From IMG/VR virus record IMGVR_UViG_2778261201_000002: a stretch of DNA of 5,626 bases; one strand, 5' to 3'. Below, piece by piece: positions 1 to 5,626 of the stretch. Position numbers and translations under genes: made by a program. The notes under the pieces are model-generated. The model was not told the origin of the DNA, did not search any database, and saw only the letters and a list, made by a program, of their open reading frames with translations. Positions within the stretch are counted from its first letter, which is position 1. Each line of letters opens with the position of its first letter. This stretch comes from a virus (Duplodnaviria > Heunggongvirae > Uroviricota > Caudoviricetes).

Positions 1-219
1 TTACATCCACATAATTTGCTGCCCTGATGGCAACGGGTGCGGCCTTACGGCGTGGACTTCTCCCGGCTTCACGATATATCGCTGTACCGACTCATAAGTG
101 ATGAACGTAGCGCTGCAATTCACGTTCTGACACTGGTGATAACGCTCTTTTGTCGTGTCAGTGATATAGCGGCTTGTACGCGCATGTGCGGCATGCTGGC
201 ATAAAGGACAATGAAACAT
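1..219 (-). CDS. ogr: Late transcription activator Ogr (zinc-finger, Ogr/Delta family), 72 aa
   Basis: Translation from the internal ATG at 219 (MFHCPLCQHAAHARTSRYITDTTKERYHQCQNVNCSATF...QQIMWM) matches my recollection of P2 Ogr nearly residue for residue. It has the C-x2-C...C-x4-C zinc-finger spacing. A Shine-Dalgarno-like GGAAGAGGTG lies about 7 nt upstream of this ATG on the - strand. The in-frame upstream extension to 303 has no homology support. Confidence 0.9.
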   Translation of the reverse strand: MFHCPLCQHAAHARTSRYITDTTKERYHQCQNVNCSATFITYESVQRYIVKPGEVHAVRPHPLPSGQQIMWM

Positions 220-253
220 CGCGAGCACCTCTTCCGGTTTTGTTGATGGTGCC

Positions 254-282
254 ATTTTAGTTAATTTATCCTTACAAAACAA
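254..282 (-). promoter_or_regulatory. Candidate sigma70 promoter for ogr (-35 TTGTTT, 17-nt spacer, -10 TAAAAT on the - strand)
   Basis: Read by eye in the 80-bp gap between the D-fragment stop (300-302) and the ogr start (219). Hexamers and spacing are consensus-like. P2 ogr is known to have its own promoter. No experimental or computed support. Confidence 0.35.
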
Positions 283-299
283 ACAGATAAAATAAAACA

Positions 300-911
300 T
301 CACTCATCATCTTCTGTTTCGTACTCCACATCAGAAAGCCTGACCTCAAGCTCCAAGGACGTCGTGAAGCCGCTATTATTCAGAAAATGTGTCACCTTAG
401 TGATTGTCCAGTCCTGCTCGTCTATGACGCGCTTAAAGCCTGACACTTTGACCGGCATTTCCGTGTAAATATCTGCCCGACCAGTAGCCAGGCTGATGGA
501 GAACTCCGCAACGCCCCGTTGCAGTTTGTCCCACTTCGCCTGAGCGGCGCGCATAGCCTGGGCTTTTGTGGCATATACCGTGGTCAGGGCAAAAACGTTG
601 TCAGCTTCACCGGCCATGTATTCACCTTCGCGCGCTTCCGGTACTTTTGGCGCTTTCTTCTGCGTGACCGGTTTCGCTTTCGGGTGCTCCAGTGCGCGCA
701 GGTGTTTTTCTTTCTTTTTGCGTTTCAGTTTTACCTTCTGCTTTTGCGGCTTCGGATCTTTGGTGTGTAACCACTTTGCCGTTACGCCGGTATAGGCTCC
801 ACGGTCAGCAATCGCAAAATGATGACGATCGCCGTCGCTGCGGGTGATGGTGACCTGCGGGATTTTTTTACCGCTGGCCGTCACCCCCTGCCCCGCTTTG
901 AGAAACAGCAG
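300..911 (-). pseudogene. D: Tail protein D, C-terminal fragment of about 200 aa (full-length P2 gpD is about 387 aa)
   Basis: The - strand ORF ending at the stop at 300-302 sits immediately upstream of ogr on the same strand, as in P2. The translation (LLFLKAGQGVTASGKKIPQVTITRSDGDRHHF ... lysine-rich KQKVKLKRKKKEK ... EVRLSDVEYETEDDE) is gpD-like from memory. The first ~35 codons of the ORF track entry (GTG at 1016) look like antisense of the opposite-strand coding sequence, so the 5' boundary near 911 is approximate. Confidence 0.8.
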
Positions 912-1091
912 TTTGCTGAGATGGAAACCGCCTTTTCCGCACTTAAGCAGGATGTGACTGACAGGGCGGATGAAACCAGCCAGGCATTCACCCGCCTGAA
1001 AAACAGCCTCGACCACACCGAAAGTCTGACCCAGCAGCGCCGCAGCAAGGCCACCGGCGGTGGCGGTGACGCCCTGATGACGAACTGCTGA
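906..1091 (+). pseudogene. Probable capsid scaffold (P2 gpO-like) C-terminal fragment
   Basis: The + strand ORF ends 58 bp upstream of the N start, which is the position gene O occupies in P2. The last ~60 residues (QQFAEMETAFSALKQDVTDRADETSQAFTRLKNSLDHTESLTQQRRSKATGGGGDALMTNC) are charged and protein-like, whereas the upstream part of the same ORF is antisense to the D fragment. Identity is inferred from synteny; I do not recall the O sequence. The 5' boundary is approximate. Confidence 0.45.
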
Positions 1092-1149
1092 CCGGCGTCA
1101 GTCAGTCCGGGAAAACCTTCACGATTAACCCTTAATTTCAGGAAAAACT

Positions 1150-2223
1150 ATGCGCCAGGAAACCCGCTTTAAATTTAATGCCTATCTGTCCCGTGTTGCC
1201 GAACTGAACGGCATCGACGCCGGTGATGTGTCGAAAAAATTCACCGTTGAACCGTCGGTCACCCAGACCCTGATGAACACCATGCAGGAGTCCTCTGATT
1301 TTCTGACCCGCATCAACATTGTGCCGGTCAGCGAAATGAAAGGGGAAAAAATTGGTATTGGTGTCACCGGCTCCATCGCCAGCACCACCGACACCGCCGG
1401 TGGCACCGAGCGTCAGCCGAAGGACTTCTCGAAGCTGGCGTCAAACAAGTACGAATGCGACCAGATTAACTTCGATTTTTATATCCGCTACAAAACGCTT
1501 GACCTGTGGGCGCGTTATCAGGATTTCCAGCTCCGTATCCGTAACGCCATTATCAAACGCCAGTCCCTTGATTTAATCATGGCCGGTTTTAACGGCGTGA
1601 AGCGTGCCGAAACCTCTGACCGCAGCAGTAACCCGATGCTGCAGGATGTGGCGGTCGGCTGGCTGCAGAAATACCGCAATGAAGCCCCGGCGCGCGTGAT
1701 GAGCAAGGTTACTGACGAGGAAGGTCACACCACCTCTGAGGTTATCCGCGTGGGTAAGGGCGGTGATTATGCCAGCCTCGATGCACTGGTGATGGATGCG
1801 ACCAACAACCTGATTGAACCGTGGTATCAGGAAGACCCTGACCTTGTGGTGATTGTGGGGCGTCAGCTACTGGCGGACAAGTATTTCCCCATCGTTAACA
1901 AGGAACAGGACAACAGCGAAATGCTGGCCGCTGACGTCATCATCAGCCAGAAACGCATCGGTAACCTGCCGGCGGTACGCGTCCCGTACTTCCCGGCGGA
2001 TGCGATGCTCATCACGAAGCTGGAAAACCTGTCCATCTACTACATGGATGACAGCCATCGCCGCGTGATTGAGGAAAACCCGAAACTCGACCGCGTGGAG
2101 AACTACGAGTCAATGAACATTGATTACGTGGTGGAAGACTACGCCGCCGGTTGTCTGGTGGAAAAAATCAAGGTCGGTGATTTTTCCACACCGGCTAAGG
2201 CGACCGCAGAGCCGGGAGCGTAA
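1150..2223 (+). CDS. N: Major capsid protein, P2 gpN family, 357 aa, apparently intact
   Basis: Full-length ORF whose translation (MRQETRFKFNAYLSRVAELNGIDAGDVSKKF ... DFSTPAKATAEPGA) matches my recollection of P2 gpN in sequence and length. AGGA Shine-Dalgarno about 7 nt upstream of the ATG. Internal ORFs in other frames are treated as spurious. Confidence 0.93.
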   Translation: MRQETRFKFNAYLSRVAELNGIDAGDVSKKFTVEPSVTQTLMNTMQESSDFLTRINIVPVSEMKGEKIGIGVTGSIASTTDTAGGTERQPKDFSKLASNKYECDQINFDFYIRYKTLDLWARYQDFQLRIRNAIIKRQSLDLIMAGFNGVKRAETSDRSSNPMLQDVAVGWLQKYRNEAPARVMSKVTDEEGHTTSEVIRVGKGGDYASLDALVMDATNNLIEPWYQEDPDLVVIVGRQLLADKYFPIVNKEQDNSEMLAADVIISQKRIGNLPAVRVPYFPADAMLITKLENLSIYYMDDSHRRVIEENPKLDRVENYESMNIDYVVEDYAAGCLVEKIKVGDFSTPAKATAEPGA

Positions 2224-2226
2224 CCG

Positions 2227-2724
2227 ATGACGAGTCCCGCACAGCGCCACATGATGCGGGTCTCGGCAGCGATGACCGCGCAGCGGGAAGCCGCCCCGCT
2301 GCGACATGCAACTGTCTATGAGCAGATGCTGGTCAAGCTGGCCGCAGACCAGCGCACACTGAAAGCGATTTATTCAAAAGAGCTGAAGGCCGCGAAAAAA
2401 CGCGAACTGCTGCCGTTCTGGTTGCCGTGGGTGAACGGCGTGCTGGAGCAGGGCAAAGGCGCACAGGATGACATTCTGATGACGGTCATGCTGTGGCGTC
2501 TGGATACCGGCGATATTGCCGGTGCGCTGGAGATTGCCCGTTATGCCCTGAAGTACGGTCTGACCATGCCGGGTAAACACCGCCGCACCCCGCCGTACAT
2601 GTTCACCGAGGAGGTGGCGCTTGCGGCTATGCGCGCTCACGCTGCCGGTGAGTCTGTGGATATATCGTGGATGGCACATGCTGGTTCAGCGAAGAATCCA
2701 ACGATGCGGAAATTGGTCTTGTAG
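2227..2724 (+). pseudogene. M: Terminase small (endonuclease) subunit gpM, truncated: about 145 N-terminal residues then about 20 unrelated residues before a stop
   Basis: Starts 3 nt after the N stop, as in P2. The translation is gpM-like through ...AMRAHAAGESVD (about nt 2661) and then diverges (ISWMAHAGSAKNPTMRKLVL*). I recall full-length P2 gpM as about 247 aa, so this ORF is about 80 aa short. The ORF is open, so a truncated protein could still be made. Confidence 0.8.
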
Positions 2725-3431
2725 CCTGGCCGGTTATCACCGGCATCAATGCCATCATCGCGGCAGCAGGCGCAATGGGGGCAATCTTCACGACGGTTGG
2801 TAGTGCCGTTATGACGGCCATCGGGGCGATTAGCTGGCCGGTTGTGGCCGTGGTGGCTGCAATTGTCGCCGGGGCGTTGCTTATCCGTAAATACTGGGAG
2901 CCTGTCAGCGCATTCTTTGGCGGTGTGGTTGAAGGGCTGAAAGCGGCATTTGCGCCGGTGGGGGAACTGTTCACGCCACTGAAGCCGGTGTTTGACTGGC
3001 TGGGCGAAAAGTTACAGGCCGCGTGGCAGTGGTTTAAAAACCTGATTGCCCCGGTTAAAGCCACACAGGACACCCTGAACCGTTGCCGTGACACGGGCGT
3101 CATGTTCGGGCAGGCACTGGCTGACGCGTTGATGCTGCCGCTTAATGCGTTCAACAAACTGCGCAGCGGTATTGACTGGGTACTGGAAAAACTCGGGGTC
3201 ATCAACAAAGAGTCAGACACACTTGACCAGACCGCCGCCAGAACTCAAGCCGCCACGTATGGCAGCGGTGGTTATATTCCGGCGACCAGCTCTTATGCAG
3301 GCTATCAGGCTTATCAGCCGGTCACGGCACCGGCTGGCCGCTCTTATGTGGACCAGAGTAAAAACGAATATCACATCAGCCTGACGGGTGGTACTGCGCC
3401 GGGGATTCACACGCTCAATACGCGGCCATAA
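2662..3431 (+). pseudogene. Tail tape-measure protein (gpT-like), C-terminal fragment
   Basis: The ORF track entry 2667..3431 opens with GTG, not ATG, and sits where gene L should follow M. The translation has long Ala/Gly/Val/Ile-rich hydrophobic segments (AWPVITGINAIIAAAGAMGAIFTTVGSAVMTAIGAISWPVVAVVAAIVAGALLIRKYWEP), then amphipathic stretches and a Gly/Ser/Tyr-rich tail, which is typical of tape-measure C-termini. Family assignment is by composition and context, not a remembered exact match. Confidence 0.6.
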
Positions 3432-3587
3432 ACGACGCTGAAAAGTGGATGTGAGGAAATAAAACCCGTGCATCTGATTATAATAATCACATGTATCCTG
3501 CCAGCGAGGAACGGCAAGATGCTTACCAATTATCCGGCGCATAGCTGCTGGCTGTTTTTCAACGAGATTGAGCGTCATCACTGTCAT
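3213..3587 (-). CDS. Hypothetical protein; possibly a 5' gene fragment reading through a rearrangement junction (only the first ~52 codons lie outside the antisense of the tape-measure fragment)
   Basis: ATG at 3585-3587 overlaps the TGA stop of the upstream small ORF (ATGA arrangement). A GGAGGG Shine-Dalgarno lies 7 nt upstream on the - strand (plus-strand ccctcc at 3595-3600). The N-terminal translation is MTVMTLNLVEKQPAAMRRIIGKHLAVPRWQDTCDYYNQMHGFYFLTSTFQRR. From about 3431 down to the stop at 3213 the frame runs antisense through GC-rich coding sequence, where long open frames arise by chance. Confidence 0.3.
   Translation of the reverse strand: MTVMTLNLVEKQPAAMRRIIGKHLAVPRWQDTCDYYNQMHGFYFLTSTFQRRLWPRIERVNPRRSTTRQADVIFVFTLVHIRAASRCRDRLISLIACIRAGRRNITTAAIRGGLSSGGGLVKCV
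3471..3493. repeat. 23-bp near-perfect palindrome CATCTGATTAT-A-ATAATCACATG
   Basis: Seen directly: 11-bp arms around a central base with a single mismatched pair. It lies just past the end of the tape-measure fragment, in the zone where GC-rich late-gene sequence gives way to AT-rich sequence. Confidence 0.35.
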
Positions 3588-3754
3588 TTCCATACCCTCC
3601 GGCTTTTCAGAAAGGTCAGAGCCTTCTTTAACGGACTCTGTTTTTTGGTGCGGATAATGATTCCCTTACGCCCCTTACCGTGGGTGATGGTGAAGTCAAT
3701 CGCCTTGGGGCTTTCATTACGCAATAACTGAGCAATACAACGAGGCTCGTTCAT
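3584..3754 (-). CDS. Hypothetical small basic protein, 56 aa (MNEPRCIAQLLRNESPKAIDFTITHGKGRKGIIIRTKKQSPLKKALTFLKSRRVWK)
   Basis: ATG at 3752-3754 is preceded by AAGGTGGAAAGG immediately after the cox stop. The product is Lys/Arg-rich and protein-like, and the ORF is the second gene of the cox-led leftward operon. Longer in-frame starts (TTG 3844, ATG 3841, 3820, 3781) would overlap cox and lack a good Shine-Dalgarno. Function not recognised. Confidence 0.4.
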   Translation of the reverse strand: MNEPRCIAQLLRNESPKAIDFTITHGKGRKGIIIRTKKQSPLKKALTFLKSRRVWK

Positions 3755-3764
3755 CCTTTCCACC

Positions 3765-4121
3765 TTAAGCCGCACGGCCATGTCTTGATTTGCTGTAACT
3801 AATGCGATTTTTCCAGTCATGCCATTCTGTCGGAGCTTCATCAACTAGTTGGGCTGCGTACTTGTCCCACTCACGGCGATTAATCCATAACTCAGCATGA
3901 CCGCCCGGCTTTAATGGGTCCGTCATATAAAAGGCTGGTAACTTGCCTGCTTTCGCCATTTCAGCAACAGCACGAGGCGTCTTACCGATGTAAAGAGCAA
4001 ATCCCTCTTTCGAGAGCAAATCCGACGGTGCGGCTGCAAGTTTGATGTCACATTTTTTACTTTTTGTGAGATCAGATACTTTTTCTCCAACATCGTTATT
4101 CATTTCTGATCCAATACTCAT
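3765..4121 (-). CDS. cox: Cox-like excisionase / early-operon regulator, 118 aa with the ATG at 4121
   Basis: Divergent from and adjacent to the C repressor gene, as in P2. The core (EGFALYIGKTPRAVAEMAKAGKLPAFYMTDPLKPGGHAELWINRREWDKYAAQLVDEAPTEWHDW) aligns by eye with P2 Cox (FAKLIGKSTGAVRRMIDKGKLPVIDMTDP...EYW...W...L...DGW). GAGGA Shine-Dalgarno 7-8 nt upstream of the ATG at 4121. The ORF track start at 4151 is TTG and is not favoured. Confidence 0.75.
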   Translation of the reverse strand: MSIGSEMNNDVGEKVSDLTKSKKCDIKLAAAPSDLLSKEGFALYIGKTPRAVAEMAKAGKLPAFYMTDPLKPGGHAELWINRREWDKYAAQLVDEAPTEWHDWKNRISYSKSRHGRAA

Positions 4122-4225
4122 TTTGATATCCTCAACTTTGGTGCCATTCAACCAGAGCTATTTGAAGCCGCTCTGCGTTGTTCTGGCGTGTCGCATGCAA
4201 CATAAATTACGAGATACGACAATTC
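4122..4225. promoter_or_regulatory. Divergent early/lysogenic promoter-operator region between cox and C (Pe/Pc equivalent)
   Basis: 104-bp gap between divergently oriented cox and C starts. On the - strand there is a consensus -35 TTGACA (plus 4227-4232, overlapping the C start codon), a 17-nt spacer, and a -10-like TAATTT (plus 4204-4209), which could drive cox leftward. A rightward promoter for C is less clear (possible TTGTTC at 4178-4183 and TAAATT at 4203-4208). An imperfect tandem 10-mer tctgcgttgt/tctggcgtgt at 4172-4191 is a candidate operator. All read by eye. Confidence 0.5.
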
Positions 4226-4537
4226 ATGTCAAATACACAAATCACATCTCAAGCAGAGAAACTCGCACTTATTCGGGAGTCAGAAAGAATGACAAGGAAG
4301 CAAGTTGCTGAATTAACTGGAATTAACTACAACACCTATGCTGGATATGAGCAGGGAAAAGTAAAGATGTCTTTTGACGCAGGCATGAAATTTTTCAAGC
4401 CAGAAAGATTTCGCAAGTACCGTGACTGGTTCATGTTTGATGAAACTGATCCCGCTGGCGGACAAATAGCCCCGGCGCTCGCGCACATTGGGCAAGACTC
4501 AACAACCTTGCACCACTCAGACCAAAAGACTGGCTGA
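4226..4537 (+). CDS. C: Immunity repressor, P2 C family, 103 aa
   Basis: From the ATG at 4226 the translation (MSNTQITSQAEKLALIRESERMTRKQVAELTGINYNTYAGYEQGK ... GGQIAPALAHIGQDSTTLHHSDQKTG) resembles my recollection of P2 C (MSNTISEKIVLMRKSE...LADLTG...GQIAPALAHFGQNETT...SGQKTG). It has a helix-turn-helix-like segment and lies just upstream of int on the same strand, as in P2. The ORF track start at 4178 is TTG and adds residues with no homology. Confidence 0.85.
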   Translation: MSNTQITSQAEKLALIRESERMTRKQVAELTGINYNTYAGYEQGKVKMSFDAGMKFFKPERFRKYRDWFMFDETDPAGGQIAPALAHIGQDSTTLHHSDQKTG

Positions 4538-4575
4538 CGATTTATTCAGCATATGTGTGCAGTAAATGTACGAAA

Positions 4576-4594
4576 GAAAATTGCATTAATTTTC
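4576..4594. repeat. AT-rich inverted repeat GAAAATT-gcatt-AATTTTC in the C-int intergenic region
   Basis: Perfect 7-bp arms with a 5-nt loop, seen directly. No downstream T-run, so it is not a convincing intrinsic terminator. It could be a protein-binding site or chance in AT-rich DNA. Confidence 0.3.
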
Positions 4595-4630
4595 AAGTAG
4601 TAGAAGTAAACAGCGTCATCGGAGGGCTTT

Positions 4631-5626
4631 ATGTCTATTAAAAAGCTCGATGATAGTCGTTATGAAGTGGACGTCAGACCGCAGGGTGCAGATGGAAAAC
4701 GTATCAGGCGGAAATTTAAAACTAAAGGTGAAGCTCAAGCATTCGAACGTCATGTACTGGTTAACTACCACAACAAAGAGTGGCTGGAGAAGCCAGCCGA
4801 CCGCCGAACTCTTACAGAGTTGTTAGGCAGATGGTGGATATATCACGGAAAATCACATGAGCGTGGAGATATTGAACGGGGGCGTTTGACGACAATAATC
4901 GCCAAATTTGCAGAAATGGGAGTGTCCAGAGCTGACCAGCTAACAAAGAAAACGATAACTGATTATCGCGTTGTAATGATGAACGATGGTCTAAAACCAG
5001 CCAGCGTAAATCGGCATCTGGCAATAATGAGCGGGATGTTCACCAAGTTAATTGACGCCGGTGAATACCATTCTCACAACCCGTTCCGTGAGGTTAAGCG
5101 ATTACGTGAAGCTGTTACAGAAATGGCTTTTTTGTCCAGTGAAGAGATTACACGGCTGTTATCCATGCTCGATGGTGATGAATTAAATGCGACTCTGGTC
5201 TGCCTTTCTACTGGTGGACGCTGGAGTGAAGTGTCTAATTTAAAAGCTGAACACATCATTAACCAGATGGTTACGTTTATGAAAACTAAAAACGGAAAGC
5301 GCAGGACAATTCCCGTTTCGCAGGACCTGATTAAACGGATCAAGACCAAAAACTCAGGCAGGCTTTTTAATGCCAGTTACTACAAAGTGCGCAACGCTCT
5401 CAGGGAAGTAAAACCCGATTTACCTGACGGACAGGCAGTGCATGTTTTGAGGCATACATTTGCCACACATTTTATAATGAATGGAGGTAACATAATCACA
5501 TTGCAGCGCATCCTGGGTCATTCTAACATTCAGCAAACTATGACCTACGCACACTTTGCACCGGATTTCTTACAAGATGCTGTGACTCTTAACCCGGTGT
5601 CAGGAATGTCCATAATGCGTCCATAA
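4631..5626 (+). CDS. int: Tyrosine recombinase / integrase, P2 Int family, 331 aa, apparently intact
   Basis: Full ORF with a GGAGGG Shine-Dalgarno 4-5 nt upstream of the ATG. The N-terminus (MSIKKLDDSRYEVDVRPQGADGKRIRRKF) resembles P2 Int (MAIKKLDDGRYEVDIRP...GKRIRRKF). Catalytic motifs are present: TGGRWSE, HVLRHTFATHF, and LGHSNIQQTMTYAHF with the nucleophilic Tyr. It ends with TAA at the window edge, so any att site lies outside the window. Confidence 0.93.
   Translation: MSIKKLDDSRYEVDVRPQGADGKRIRRKFKTKGEAQAFERHVLVNYHNKEWLEKPADRRTLTELLGRWWIYHGKSHERGDIERGRLTTIIAKFAEMGVSRADQLTKKTITDYRVVMMNDGLKPASVNRHLAIMSGMFTKLIDAGEYHSHNPFREVKRLREAVTEMAFLSSEEITRLLSMLDGDELNATLVCLSTGGRWSEVSNLKAEHIINQMVTFMKTKNGKRRTIPVSQDLIKRIKTKNSGRLFNASYYKVRNALREVKPDLPDGQAVHVLRHTFATHFIMNGGNIITLQRILGHSNIQQTMTYAHFAPDFLQDAVTLNPVSGMSIMRP

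Noticed and set aside
1-303. 100-aa N-terminally extended version of Ogr starting at GTG 303 or ATG 300
   Set aside because: The extension overlaps the D-fragment stop and the ogr promoter and ribosome-binding-site region. The internal ATG at 219 gives the canonical 72-aa Ogr and has a good Shine-Dalgarno.
519-795. Plus-strand ORFs 519..770 and 568..795 inside the D fragment
   Set aside because: They are antisense to gpD-like coding sequence, and their products are low-complexity and Phe/Cys/Arg-rich, which is typical of chance antisense frames.
1182-2068. Five short ORFs on both strands within the capsid gene N (1182..1406, 1352..1576, 1518..1706, 1853..2068, 1867..2058)
   Set aside because: All are embedded in a well-supported full-length capsid gene and have no start signals or protein-like composition.
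2110-3384. ORFs 2110..2307 (-), 2374..2679 (-), 2621..2803 (+), 2627..3220 (-) and 3145..3384 (+) overlapping the M and T fragments
   Set aside because: They are antisense or out of frame relative to the homology-supported frames. Long chance ORFs are expected in GC-rich coding DNA, and several use non-ATG starts.
3468-3731. Plus-strand 87-aa ORF (GTG 3468, or ATG 3519 with a GAGGA upstream) opposite the two small minus-strand ORFs
   Set aside because: The product is rich in Phe, Leu, Cys, His and Trp and looks like an antisense translation of a Lys/Glu-rich gene. The minus-strand ORFs have better ribosome-binding sites, translational coupling and operon context. I cannot exclude it completely.
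3584-3844. Longer 86-aa or 78-aa versions of the small ORF starting inside cox (TTG 3844, ATG 3841 or 3820)
   Set aside because: These starts lack a Shine-Dalgarno and would overlap cox by 56-80 nt. The ATG at 3754 has a strong ribosome-binding site directly after the cox stop. The 78-aa length matching the name of P2 orf78 was noted but is not evidence.
4042-4495. ORFs 4042..4311 (+) and 4313..4495 (-) overlapping cox and C, and the TTG-initiated extension of C from 4178
   Set aside because: They are out of frame or antisense to the homology-supported cox and C genes. The extension of C adds residues absent from P2 C and overlaps the promoter region.
4812-5349. Minus-strand ORFs 4812..5024 and 5074..5349 inside the integrase gene
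   Set aside because: They are antisense to a full-length integrase with intact catalytic motifs and have no independent support.
1-5626. Recognisable anti-phage defence system, toxin-antitoxin pair, CRISPR array, tRNA or att site
   Set aside because: I found no repeat-spacer arrays, tRNA-like structures, nuclease, ATPase or reverse-transcriptase motifs, or att core. The P2 defence hotspots I know of (old/tin and Z/fun) are not in this window. The integrase ends at the window edge, so att would lie outside.

Overview
This window is a degraded, rearranged P2-family (Peduovirus-like) prophage remnant, probably enterobacterial. All protein identifications are from reading the translations against remembered P2 proteins; no search or alignment was run. 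Left to right: an intact ogr late activator (- strand); a C-terminal fragment of tail gene D (-); on the opposite strand a probable C-terminal scaffold (O) fragment, an intact major capsid gene N, and a terminase small-subunit gene M truncated near codon 145 and joined to a hydrophobic tape-measure-like C-terminal fragment; then a lower-GC lysogeny module with two small unknown ORFs (-), a Cox-like gene (-), the C repressor (+) and a P2-type tyrosine integrase (+). There are at least three rearrangement junctions (near 905-915, near 2660, and within 3431-3590), and the O-N-M-T block is inverted relative to both ogr/D and int/C/cox. I see no tRNA, rRNA, CRISPR array, att site or recognisable defence-system domain. 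The only candidates for undescribed function are the two translationally coupled small ORFs downstream of cox, and they may simply be uncharacterised early-region genes, one of them truncated.
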